From: a virus
Reading direction: 5' to 3' (one strand)
Length of the DNA: 64,000 bases
IMG/VR virus record: IMGVR_UViG_3300045131_002121
Span: 1-64,000 of that record
Part shown: piece after piece, positions 53,563-63,008 of the stretch
How positions within the stretch are numbered: position 1 is the first letter of the stretch
How the letters are laid out: every line of letters starts with the position of its first letter
Translations under genes and position numbers: made by a program
The notes under the pieces: model-generated
Told to the model about the DNA's origin: nothing
Seen by the model: the letters and a program-made list of their open reading frames with translations, nothing else
Database searches by the model: none

Positions 53563-54495
53563 ATGAAGCTCATCGGCGACATCTACGCTAAGAAATACGG
53601 GCGCTCCAGGGATATCCATGGAAGCGCTCTGTTCCGTGCGGACTGGCGCTGGGGCAAGGTCTGCGAGCTCACCGCGATGCGGGAGACCGCAGCCCGAGTC
53701 CGTCTCGAAGAGATCAATGATCACGGGGTGACCTCGGCCTACGAGTTCAAGACTTTCAGGGATCGTGAGATCGATGTTGGTGAAGACTACTCCTGTCTTA
53801 AAAACGCCTACACGCTTTTCACGGAATGCCCTGGGTTGAGATCATCCCTTGAAGCCTATCTGTTATGTTCGGACATCGAAGTCGAGGACATCCTGACCAA
53901 GTGGAGTCAAGGTGCCGAGGAGGGTCTCAAGCTAGGCGACATCTATGCCTACGCGGAGACCTTCTTTGATGTCCGTGGCATCCTGCATAAGCCTGAATGG
54001 ATCTGCACACTGTTGTTCGGGGACATCCTTGGCCTCATCAGGGACGTCAATAATACCAGCCGACTCGGTGAACACCATCGCGCCGGCTGGCTCCTGGGAT
54101 CCAAGATCCTGGAGACCTATGTGGACCCCATGGGGCACCTGAAGTCCACGATGCGGGGTGCCGAGCTCCGAGAAGCCCTGTCATCCCAGATCGAAGAGAT
54201 CGCGTATCGTCAGACCCTGATCGCCTCGTTCTGCAAGACTCGTGGGGATGAACGCAGCTTGGAAACCATGAGATCAGTGCTCATGATGATCAAGGATCGT
54301 GCTATCCATGCCTTGGGTGGTGCGGGTACCGGGGATTCCAATGCCGATGCCGTCATGGCGTTCCTGCAAGACATCCCGTTCTCAGTGGCGAATCCTTCAT
54401 TGGAAGCCAATAAACAACTCCCGGCTCGGGAGGCTCGTGTTCACGAAATGATTCGCACTGTGGACGCCACAGTGCTCGAGGAGACCACGGTATGA
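53563..54495 (+). CDS. hypothetical helical protein
   Basis: Tiles; YAETFFDVR motif; lacks a KxA leader. Confidence 0.7.
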   Translation: MKLIGDIYAKKYGRSRDIHGSALFRADWRWGKVCELTAMRETAARVRLEEINDHGVTSAYEFKTFRDREIDVGEDYSCLKNAYTLFTECPGLRSSLEAYLLCSDIEVEDILTKWSQGAEEGLKLGDIYAYAETFFDVRGILHKPEWICTLLFGDILGLIRDVNNTSRLGEHHRAGWLLGSKILETYVDPMGHLKSTMRGAELREALSSQIEEIAYRQTLIASFCKTRGDERSLETMRSVLMMIKDRAIHALGGAGTGDSNADAVMAFLQDIPFSVANPSLEANKQLPAREARVHEMIRTVDATVLEETTV

Positions 54496-55991
54496 GCCTT
54501 GAACTCATGGGACCCCGGCGTCACGCCATTCTTATCAAAGCCGCCGAGGCCTGTGTTGACGGCATGAATGATGGCGCCGCACCCAACGCAGCGCTGCGCA
54601 AGGCCGCCCAGGAGTTCGACCTCAACGCAAAAGAGGTCGCCTTGGTCAGTCATGCCGTCAATAACTCGCGGACCCTCAGTCATCTCGCGAACTCGGAATC
54701 CGAGGCCAAAGCGGATCCCTTCCCGTTGACCAACGCTGACGAGGTCACCCAGGAACTCTTCCCGGAACCCGATGCTGAGAACAAGAAGCCAGCGAATGGG
54801 ACGAGGCCAGGGGACTGCCCTGATGTCGAATCCCCGAACAAGTTACCGGGTGCCAAGAAAACTGCTGCGGAATCCGAAGGCAAAGCGGACCCCGAAGACG
54901 TCGATGACTCCTATGAGGAAGACGACGACTTCAAAGATGCCGTCAGTGATGCCGACTCCGAAGCCGAGGACGCCGAACTCTTTAAGACTGCACGTGAAGC
55001 CTTTGGTATCGATCCCATGGCGCTACGCCGTGGGCGCACCAAGATTGCGTGTGACCTCAACGGTCTCGGTGTCAGCGCTGACTTCGGCATGGAAGCCTCG
55101 AGGATCCGGGAAGCCCTGGACACCGGACTCCATGGTGTGGACTGCTCCCGTCTCGCCGACAACCCCTTTATCAAACTTCAGAACCTGAAGGCTGCCGCGG
55201 AAGCCGCGAGAACCAAGTTCTCCGAGCACCGTGATGCCGCCTTTGTCAAACTTGCTCGAATCATTGAATCCTTTGCTCGCATTGATTCCCCGGCGTTCTC
55301 CCGTGTGGAGACCCTGGCGAAACGTGCTGGTGTGGATCCCGCAACCCTGGATGTCATCTGGGTCACAGGCAGCCTCGAGAACCGGGGTCACCACAGGGCG
55401 ACCCCAGCGATGAAGATCGCCAGTGATGTCATCGCTACGTGCTCACCTCGTGAGAAAGCGGTCGTCGACTCAGTCTCGACTCTGGAGACTTTGTGGAAAC
55501 ACGCCTCGCACTGCCTCGCCGCCAAGAATGAAGTCGATCGCAGACTCGCCGAAGCCGGTCCCTGGGTAGCCAAGATAGCTGAGGACGTCGGTGGCTACGT
55601 CAAGAATATCTCGGATACCGCGACATCACTGCCACAGGATGCCATGGGGGGTGAAAAACTCGAAGCCGTGGTTGGCGGTGCGCTTGGGAATCGTGGCAGC
55701 GGGGAATCCCCGGATTATGGAGTCTCCCCTAAGTCCCCTCTGGGTGCCGGGGGCCAACAGCGACTCAAGAACACGGGTGCCGCGGTTTCCCTGGCATCTC
55801 TGATGGATGACCCCTACATTGCACAGCGACCCATTCCAGAAACTGTTAAAGCCTTCAATGCTGTGATGTCCACGCATCCCGATGCCGACGCATCCATGAT
55901 GCGCAGACTTGTCAAGGATCAGCTCGCCAGTGGTGGTGACCTCGACACCGACGTCATGATACGCCTCCAGAAAAACCGCGCAAAGGGCTGA
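54492..55991 (+). CDS. hypothetical head-operon protein, acidic linker, many KxA sites
   Basis: KAAE, KTAA, KTAR, KIAC, KIAS, KIAE. Confidence 0.7.
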   Translation: MSLELMGPRRHAILIKAAEACVDGMNDGAAPNAALRKAAQEFDLNAKEVALVSHAVNNSRTLSHLANSESEAKADPFPLTNADEVTQELFPEPDAENKKPANGTRPGDCPDVESPNKLPGAKKTAAESEGKADPEDVDDSYEEDDDFKDAVSDADSEAEDAELFKTAREAFGIDPMALRRGRTKIACDLNGLGVSADFGMEASRIREALDTGLHGVDCSRLADNPFIKLQNLKAAAEAARTKFSEHRDAAFVKLARIIESFARIDSPAFSRVETLAKRAGVDPATLDVIWVTGSLENRGHHRATPAMKIASDVIATCSPREKAVVDSVSTLETLWKHASHCLAAKNEVDRRLAEAGPWVAKIAEDVGGYVKNISDTATSLPQDAMGGEKLEAVVGGALGNRGSGESPDYGVSPKSPLGAGGQQRLKNTGAAVSLASLMDDPYIAQRPIPETVKAFNAVMSTHPDADASMMRRLVKDQLASGGDLDTDVMIRLQKNRAKG

Positions 55992-55995
55992 ACAC

Positions 55996-57030
55996 ATGGT
56001 AACTCGTGCTGACCACGATGCCTTTGCTAAACAGGCCGCCGAAGCCGTGTACCCGGTCTCTGATGACGAAGAGGACGAGGACGACGACAAGGGTTGGGGG
56101 GCCAAGGAATGGCTTACCCTGGCCCTGGCCAGTGGTACCCTCGCCGCAGGTCTCGGCGCCGCCTACGTGTATCGCAAGGATATCGACAAGGCACTTGGTG
56201 GCCGCATATTTGGAGACAATCGTGAGAAGGTGAATGCTTGGCTTCAGGACAACCTACCCGGGGGTTACGGAGCCTTCGGTCTAGGTGCCGGTGCTGGTGT
56301 CGCGCATAGCATGGTGCCCGCACTAAAAAGGTTGCCCGGTGGGGTGGATCACAACATCCAAACCACAGGAGGGCTCGTAAACAAACTTAATCAAGGCGGA
56401 GATGCCGCTGAACCCCACCTACGCGCCATGGGTTCACATGCTGCAATTACTGATGATAAAGGAAAAATCAAAGATCCCCTGGATTCCGGTAGGGCACTAC
56501 ATACGTTTACCACAGGCGCCACGGTTGACCCCCGCCATCCCCTGGCGATCCTAAATCACCAGGATCTATTTAATAAGCCTACTCTATTAAATGAGATCAT
56601 CCAAGGCACTGCTAAGGGGGAGTTGATTGAAGACCCTAGCAAGAAGTCCTTTGTCAGGCGTGTGTTTGGAGGCAACAGCGACCCCGCTGCAGCTACCCGG
56701 CTGAAGAATGTCAACGCACTAAATGAGCACATGGCGGCGGCGCAACGTAAAATCGAAGCTAATAAGGCTAATGCAGCTACGGCTAATCCAGGGGCACCAA
56801 TTCAGCTGACCCAGCAGGAAGACGCAGCTGATAAATTGCATAACAGGATTAAAGGGAATCTGGGGGCAAAATCGGTAAACGTACCCGGTATAGTCACTGG
56901 TGTGGAAGCCGCCAAGCGGATTGGAACCCCAGCCACGCTGGCGGGCACCGCGGGAAGGGCGCTTACGTACGGTACATTGGCATCACTAGGGTCGATGCTG
57001 GCAGAGAAGTGGCTCGGGGGTCCCAAGTGA
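55996..57030 (+). CDS. Gly-zipper membrane-type protein with KQAA leader
   Basis: MVTRADHDAFAKQAAE; acidic stretch followed by a hydrophobic helix. Confidence 0.7.
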   Translation: MVTRADHDAFAKQAAEAVYPVSDDEEDEDDDKGWGAKEWLTLALASGTLAAGLGAAYVYRKDIDKALGGRIFGDNREKVNAWLQDNLPGGYGAFGLGAGAGVAHSMVPALKRLPGGVDHNIQTTGGLVNKLNQGGDAAEPHLRAMGSHAAITDDKGKIKDPLDSGRALHTFTTGATVDPRHPLAILNHQDLFNKPTLLNEIIQGTAKGELIEDPSKKSFVRRVFGGNSDPAAATRLKNVNALNEHMAAAQRKIEANKANAATANPGAPIQLTQQEDAADKLHNRIKGNLGAKSVNVPGIVTGVEAAKRIGTPATLAGTAGRALTYGTLASLGSMLAEKWLGGPK

Positions 57031-58427
57031 TCGCCAAGATTCTTTCTCCGCACACCTATGATTTCCAGGCCCCTGAGGTGACCCTGGTGAGATTCTCGAG
57101 TCGTGGGTTCGACAAAGAGTTGTTCATGAAGACGGCGAAGGAGGCCGGTGGTCTCCTGTTCCAGAAGGAACTCGCCGAGATGAAGCCGATCCCGGGGAAG
57201 ACCATTATACACACCATCGCGGTTGGTGATGAAGAACGCTATGGCGACAACCGCAACAACGATGGCTTCAGCGAAAAAGACAACAAGACTTGTCATACCA
57301 GATTTAAGACGCATGGGCATGTCTTCAAGAACCATGACAACGATGACCCCGATAAGAAAACGGGCGACATCTTGCTCACCGGTCATAATGGACCCATGTC
57401 TCGTATCGAGTTGATCTCAGCACTCGACAACGAGAAAAACGCTGACGAAGTCCAGGCTCTCGAAGAAGGCAAGGATGTCCCGGTGTCCATGGGGTCCATG
57501 CAGGCCTACGACGTCTGCTCGGCATGTGGACACAAGGCACCTGAGGCCAAGGACCACTGTGAGCACATCAAGCACATGCTTGGTGAGATCACCAAGGATG
57601 GTCAAAAAGTTTACATGAAAAATCCGAATCCATATTACATGGATCTCTCCACGGTATGGAAACCCGCTGACCGCATTGGTTATACTTTGCGGAAGGTTGC
57701 CCTGGAACGCCCAGGAGTCCCTGGTTTTGAGGTCGCCATGCAGACCTCGATGCGGAAGCTGAACTCCTCGAAGTATGCGATGATGATGCGCCTGGCCACC
57801 ATTGAGAAGCGCATCGGTGGACTCGCCCAACTCGCCGATATCGGGCCGGAACCCAAGGATCTCGACCTCGAGACCCGCAAGGAGATCAAGAAAGCATTCG
57901 AGGCCCATGGGGTCCCCGCGATGCTGAACTGGCTCCACAAGCGTGGATGCGTCCTCGGTATCCGAGACTTCGCTGACTTCGTGGTCGACATCCCCATGGC
58001 ATCGATCTCCCCAGATGTTCACCTCGCCCATGATCTCGCTGTTAAACAAGGTTTTCATGGTCTCCTGAAATCAGCGGTAGAAATCAACTCTTTAGATGGC
58101 GTCGAATCCACGACCCCGATTCGTCTTGAGGACGATGTCATGGGCTCCCTGGATTACGCGACATCGATGCGCGGAGATCACCCGGCTCGTCGGGTTCTCC
58201 ACGCCACAATCTCCGGTCAGCCGAATGTGAAGTTGGCCGGTGCTGGTCGTGCTCCTGATGTCACGGCGAGTAGGGGTCTTGCTGATCTCTATCTTCACTA
58301 CAAAGTAGCTTTCGCCGTGCATCCCAATAACCACGCAGATGAAGCCACGCTCGGAGCCCTCGTTCAGGGCATGGCCTTGTCGAGGCGCGCAACCCCGTTA
58401 CCATCACCCTTGTCACCAAGGAAGTAG
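57027..58427 (+). CDS. prohead (maturation) serine protease, assemblin/HK97-like fold
   Basis: GTG overlaps the upstream TGA; NRNNDGF, HVFKNH, VSMGS, CSACGH...CEH, DLSTVWKPAD; upstream of scaffold/decoration/capsid genes. Confidence 0.75.
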   Translation: MIAKILSPHTYDFQAPEVTLVRFSSRGFDKELFMKTAKEAGGLLFQKELAEMKPIPGKTIIHTIAVGDEERYGDNRNNDGFSEKDNKTCHTRFKTHGHVFKNHDNDDPDKKTGDILLTGHNGPMSRIELISALDNEKNADEVQALEEGKDVPVSMGSMQAYDVCSACGHKAPEAKDHCEHIKHMLGEITKDGQKVYMKNPNPYYMDLSTVWKPADRIGYTLRKVALERPGVPGFEVAMQTSMRKLNSSKYAMMMRLATIEKRIGGLAQLADIGPEPKDLDLETRKEIKKAFEAHGVPAMLNWLHKRGCVLGIRDFADFVVDIPMASISPDVHLAHDLAVKQGFHGLLKSAVEINSLDGVESTTPIRLEDDVMGSLDYATSMRGDHPARRVLHATISGQPNVKLAGAGRAPDVTASRGLADLYLHYKVAFAVHPNNHADEATLGALVQGMALSRRATPLPSPLSPRK

Positions 58428-58429
58428 CT

Positions 58430-59950
58430 ATGACTCAAAAGACACAGCGCACGATCATGGAGGATTTAGACCTCATGATCAAACGCGCCTCCGAAGTCCC
58501 CACCGAAGGCCTCGCCAAATCCGCGAGCCCCGCTGATCCCCTGGACAGCGATAACGGCACTGAAGCCGTGAAAAAAGGTGAACAATACAACCAGAACATC
58601 GAAGAGGCCGGTAAGCATACCGCTGCCAAGGTCGATGGCGGCGCCGTGGCCAATAAGCCCGGTGCAAGTGTCGAAGCCTCCACAGAGGGTGCCACCGCGG
58701 TGTCCACTGATGGCCAAGAAGGCGGCAAAGGTGCCGACCTCGAAGTCAAAGGTGAAGCCGACAATGGTCCCGTACCCCAGAGCGAACTCTCGAAGTCCGC
58801 TGCTGAGTACATCTCAACTGGACGCAAGATTTCTGCTTATCTGAAAGCCGCTGCTGAAAGAGCACCGGTTGATGCCAATGCAGCTGCGGCCCAACAGAAG
58901 GTTGCCAGTATTCTGGGAAAATCCAACGGTCAGCCTGAAGCCGCCAAGCCCCTGACCGGCATGAGCGCATACATCGCGAAAAAGGCGATGGAAGCCGCAG
59001 GCGGCGGAGATGCCGCTGCAGGTGCTGCCGCCATCCCTGGTGGCGAACAAGGTGCCGCGCAAGCCGGAGCCCAAGAGCTCATGGCGGCTCTCCAAAATGG
59101 TGAGATCGACGACGCCCAAGCCGAACAGATCCTTCAGGAAGCCGCGCGTAGCGGTGCATTGTCCCCTGAAGACCTCCAAGAACTCCAAGCCTTAGCTGAA
59201 CAAATGGGTGGAGAAGCCGGTGCTGGTGGTGGTGATCCCGCTGCTGGACTCCATCCTGGCGGTGACGCCGGGGCTCCCCCCGAGGATGCCATGGGTGGCG
59301 CGGGTCCCGCAGGTGCACTTCCCCCCGGCGGCGACGCCGGTGGTGAACTCGCCCCCGAAGACCTCCAGGCCATGAAAACTGCTGCGTTGGATGTGACCCC
59401 CGGTCACCCCGACTACCCCCAGAAGCTCCGTGTGCTCCACAAAGCCGCCCATGCTTTTGGTTTCAATTTGGCGATCAAGACTGCTCAGGAACTCGAAGAA
59501 GCCGCAAAGCATGAAGCCGGCGAAGGCGAAGGCCACGAGGGCTCCGAGGGTTCCAAGGCTGAGGAAGGCGAGAAGGAAGGCGACTCCGCTGCGCACGAGC
59601 AAGGCGAGACCCCTGCCCAAGAAAACGCCGAACATCTCCCCGGTGGTGAAGAAGCCGGTATCCCCGGTGGTGCCCCCGGCGCAGGTATCCCTGGTGCAGC
59701 CCCCACGGGTTCCCCCGTTGGTGGCGACCCCATGGCTGGACTCGAAGCCAAGACCCCTGAGGAACAAGCAGCTCTGATGCAAGTTCTCCAGGAAATGGGA
59801 CTCGACCCCCAGGCCCTGCAGCAGCTCCAAGCCGCACCGATGCCCGCGATGGACAAAATCGCGAGTTACAAGGCGCGGGTCAGTGCCGCGATCTTCAAGA
59901 AGGCCGCTGCTATCCAAATCGCGCAAACCTCCACCAACAAGAAAGCCTGA
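58430..59950 (+). CDS. putative scaffolding/core protein, acidic Gly/Ala-rich
   Basis: Between protease and capsid; about ten KxA sites; low complexity. Confidence 0.6.
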   Translation: MTQKTQRTIMEDLDLMIKRASEVPTEGLAKSASPADPLDSDNGTEAVKKGEQYNQNIEEAGKHTAAKVDGGAVANKPGASVEASTEGATAVSTDGQEGGKGADLEVKGEADNGPVPQSELSKSAAEYISTGRKISAYLKAAAERAPVDANAAAAQQKVASILGKSNGQPEAAKPLTGMSAYIAKKAMEAAGGGDAAAGAAAIPGGEQGAAQAGAQELMAALQNGEIDDAQAEQILQEAARSGALSPEDLQELQALAEQMGGEAGAGGGDPAAGLHPGGDAGAPPEDAMGGAGPAGALPPGGDAGGELAPEDLQAMKTAALDVTPGHPDYPQKLRVLHKAAHAFGFNLAIKTAQELEEAAKHEAGEGEGHEGSEGSKAEEGEKEGDSAAHEQGETPAQENAEHLPGGEEAGIPGGAPGAGIPGAAPTGSPVGGDPMAGLEAKTPEEQAALMQVLQEMGLDPQALQQLQAAPMPAMDKIASYKARVSAAIFKKAAAIQIAQTSTNKKA

Positions 59951-59954
59951 TCCC

Positions 59955-60392
59955 ATGACTGGCAATGAGCTCAAGAAAGTTGCGAGCACTATCGATGGTC
60001 TCGCCTCCACCCTGGAACAAGCCCAGGGTATCATCCAAAAACAAGCCAGTGAAAACGCAGCCCTCAAGGCTCAGCTTTCCCTGGCGCAGAAAACGCAAAA
60101 GACTGCCAGCGAAGCCGACCAGGCCAAGACGGCAAATCTGCGTGGACTCGCCAAGCGTGCCGCTGCAACCCTGTTGCAAACCGGCATGATCTCGAGTCCC
60201 GAGCGTGCCGAAGCATTTGCCAACGAAGTCATGGATCACTCCAAGGCTGTCACGGCATTGCAAAAGTTTGCTGAAGTCGCCAGCCGTGCCCCGAAGACTG
60301 CCAGCGTCGTCGAGGACCCCGAAGCCCAAGTCGAGTCCTCGGACGCGGTCTGGGATCGTCATGCCCGTCAGCATATCCCCTCAGGCAACTGA
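59955..60392 (+). CDS. putative scaffolding coiled-coil protein
   Basis: ATG 59955; KKVAS, KQAS, KTAS, KRAA, KTAS. Confidence 0.6.
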   Translation: MTGNELKKVASTIDGLASTLEQAQGIIQKQASENAALKAQLSLAQKTQKTASEADQAKTANLRGLAKRAAATLLQTGMISSPERAEAFANEVMDHSKAVTALQKFAEVASRAPKTASVVEDPEAQVESSDAVWDRHARQHIPSGN

Positions 60393-60454
60393 ACCTGTCT
60401 GAATCACCGGGACAATAGTCCCCTTCACACGTCTTCACCAAAGGAAGATTAACC

Positions 60455-61066
60455 ATGAGTATCCCAACCAGTATGGGTGGCAAGAAGCTCGAAGTCCGTA
60501 AAGGCGACCGCAACACCTTGGTCGACTTTACCGGTCAACTCGGTGCAGGTGTCTCCATTGACGCCGGTTCTGTCTGCTCCATCAATCCCCTCACCGGCAA
60601 GCTCCGCGCTGGCCTCGACGCCGCCGATGCCCTGAACCAGCTCCCGCTGTTCGCATGGTCCGGCACCGATGTCAACAACAGTCCAGACGTCATCCGTGAC
60701 GGCCTGCTCAGTGGTGCCCTGAATGCCCAAACCCGCTCGAACGTCACTGGTGGCAATGGCTACGCCATGCCCTACGCCGGTGAAGCCCGTTTCGGCACCA
60801 TTGCATGGAAATCGGCTGTCGAACTCAGTACCACTGCTTTCGACTCCTCGAAGACCTATGCTCCTGGCCAACCCTTGACTGTGGTTGCCGCTGGTAACGC
60901 CAACGCCGGTGTTATCCGTGACCTCGCGACTCCTGCCACCGATATCATCATCGGTCGCGTCGCCCCCGCCGGTAAGTTCACCAGCCCCGATGGTTACGCC
61001 ACCTTGGCGTTCTACCCCGTCCTGGAACTCCTCCGCGCCGGAAACACCCTGCCTGCCAGCCTGTGA
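60455..61066 (+). CDS. putative head decoration/cement protein
   Basis: Immediately upstream of the capsid gene; beta-rich; YAPGQPLT motif; strong codon bias. Confidence 0.6.
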   Translation: MSIPTSMGGKKLEVRKGDRNTLVDFTGQLGAGVSIDAGSVCSINPLTGKLRAGLDAADALNQLPLFAWSGTDVNNSPDVIRDGLLSGALNAQTRSNVTGGNGYAMPYAGEARFGTIAWKSAVELSTTAFDSSKTYAPGQPLTVVAAGNANAGVIRDLATPATDIIIGRVAPAGKFTSPDGYATLAFYPVLELLRAGNTLPASL

Positions 61067-61108
61067 GCTCGGTAGCCTCCAACCACAAACCAACAAGGAA
61101 TTGAGACC

Positions 61109-62047
61109 ATGAGTCAGAAAAAGCTGTCCGCGGCCCAGTCCAATGCTGCATTCTTCGGTATGCTCGAAAAGGGCCATATCAAAGCCGCAGCGGATATGGT
61201 GACCGACTTCACCCGCGTTCGCATCCGTGAATCCTCGTTCTTCGAGAAGATTCTGCCAGCGATCAAGATTGGGGATGACGAACTCACCCCACAACTCAGC
61301 AATGACAAGAACGTCAAGCTGGTCGAACGCGAACCCAATTCACCCGCTGCCATCACGATCCCCTTGGGTCAGCAGCCCATCCAATACTACTTCCGTGGCG
61401 ATCGCTACCCGGTCTTCTTCGACCGTATCGTGACCCATAAGTTCACCAAGGATACCTCGGAACTCCGTACCTACGGTATGGACATCCGCCAGGTCATCTC
61501 GGACAACGCCATCCTCGACATGGATTTCGAGTTCGACCGCAAGATGCTGTCGGCTTGCCAAGCCATCGTCGGACCTCAGGGCGGTATCGTTCCTGAAACC
61601 GGCATCGTCCAAAACGTCAAGATCGTTGATCCCGCGGGCATCACCCGTAACTCGTTGTTCGAGATCAAAAAGATCCTGCCACGTACTTTCGCTCACTTGG
61701 ACGGTGTGACCATCCTGGTCAACAACATCACCATCCATGACGTCAGTAAGTTCACCCGTGACGAAGCCGGTGGCGACCTGTCGCAAGACATGTTGGTCGA
61801 CGGCTTCCAACAGAAGAAACTGATTGGTTGCAACTGGGTTGTCACCAACAAAACTGAACTCGTCGCTGAGTCCAGCTTCTGGGTGTTCGCTTCCCCCGAG
61901 TTCCTGGGCAAGTCCTATGTCCTCGAAGACACCACGATGTACGTCGACAAGCGCGCGTACAACCTGGAGTTCTTTGCTTACGCCGAACGTGGCGCCACCA
62001 TCGCCAACCCCGCCGCGGTCGCCCTGGTGACCATTTCGCAGAACTGA
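61109..62047 (+). CDS. major capsid protein (probable HK97 fold)
   Basis: RIRESSFFEKILP, E-loop-like region, EFDRKML, PEFLG, FFAY..RG..IANP; strongest codon bias; followed by a terminator. Confidence 0.75.
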   Translation: MSQKKLSAAQSNAAFFGMLEKGHIKAAADMVTDFTRVRIRESSFFEKILPAIKIGDDELTPQLSNDKNVKLVEREPNSPAAITIPLGQQPIQYYFRGDRYPVFFDRIVTHKFTKDTSELRTYGMDIRQVISDNAILDMDFEFDRKMLSACQAIVGPQGGIVPETGIVQNVKIVDPAGITRNSLFEIKKILPRTFAHLDGVTILVNNITIHDVSKFTRDEAGGDLSQDMLVDGFQQKKLIGCNWVVTNKTELVAESSFWVFASPEFLGKSYVLEDTTMYVDKRAYNLEFFAYAERGATIANPAAVALVTISQN

Positions 62048-62074
62048 GCCGACGGGTTAGTTTGAAATTGTAAT

Positions 62075-62111
62075 AAGACGCCACCTGGGAAACCGGGTGG
62101 CGTCTTTCTTT
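62075..62111 (+). terminator. rho-independent terminator after the capsid gene
   Basis: AAGACGCCACCTGG-GAAA-CCGGGTGGCGTCTT followed by TCTTT. Confidence 0.88.
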
Positions 62112-62176
62112 GGCAGCCTACCCACCCCGACTTGTTCGGGGGATTTTCAAGCCTATCCTATCGCATCGGAGCACCC

Positions 62177-62506
62177 ATGAAATCCCGCGAATTACTCTTC
62201 CGGGTTGCACGGAAAATTGCAGCCCACACCGACACCCCTGTTAAACCCCGGAGTGGCACCAATGCGCCGCCGCCACCCCAGCAGCCTACCCAGCCCGACA
62301 CCAACGCCAAGGGTAAGATCACTCCTGCGATGGGCAATCCCAAAGCTGGCAAAAATAAGAAGAAAGCGGGAATCGTAAATAAATTCCTGGAAAAAACCGC
62401 AGCACAGTTCAAGGCAGCTGCACCTCGCCCAGGCCGTCTCGATGGCGACATCGCGTTGACCAAGTTGGCGAGTCGTCACAAGTCTGCTAAGAAGTCCGCA
62501 AAATGA
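62177..62506 (+). CDS. small basic KxA-motif protein
   Basis: MKSRELLFRVARKIAAH; FLEKTAA; TKLAS. Confidence 0.65.
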   Translation: MKSRELLFRVARKIAAHTDTPVKPRSGTNAPPPPQQPTQPDTNAKGKITPAMGNPKAGKNKKKAGIVNKFLEKTAAQFKAAAPRPGRLDGDIALTKLASRHKSAKKSAK

Positions 62507-62979
62507 ATACTTCAATAGCACACACCATTGTTGTAGTTAAATATCCACGTGTTATACTTACGTGGATCAAACCAAATCGCACCCTGGGCCCCGGCGTCTA
62601 CCACTTCGTAGGCGACCACCGCTGCAATATCCGGACGATGTCGCAGCGCCAGGACATCCAGCGTGGTGCCCTTGATCTCTTCTTTGAAGACGGGGACACC
62701 AAGGAGTTCTTGGTCCGCCATCTCCGCCGCTGCCAGGCCGACATCCGGGATTCCGTGATTCGCGCCGAGAAGAATGGCAGGATCCCGGAGCCCGGGGTTA
62801 TCCACCCCCTCCAGGTCAATCTCAACTTCTACGCCAACCTGGCACGTATCCATGGCGTCGAACTCGCGCTGACCCCCAGTGGGGACATCACGGTGGCAGC
62901 GGATCCAGGGTCTAGCGAAGACTCCGAGATCTCAGAAGATGCTGGGGTACCCCGGGAAGACCTCGTTCAGGTGCCCTGA
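62503..62979 (+). CDS. hypothetical protein
   Basis: ATGA overlap; typical codon bias in the 3' part. Confidence 0.6.
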   Translation: MNTSIAHTIVVVKYPRVILTWIKPNRTLGPGVYHFVGDHRCNIRTMSQRQDIQRGALDLFFEDGDTKEFLVRHLRRCQADIRDSVIRAEKNGRIPEPGVIHPLQVNLNFYANLARIHGVELALTPSGDITVAADPGSSEDSEISEDAGVPREDLVQVP

Positions 62980-63008
62980 CCGAATTGTCTCGGCGCTGGA
63001 GACTGTTC

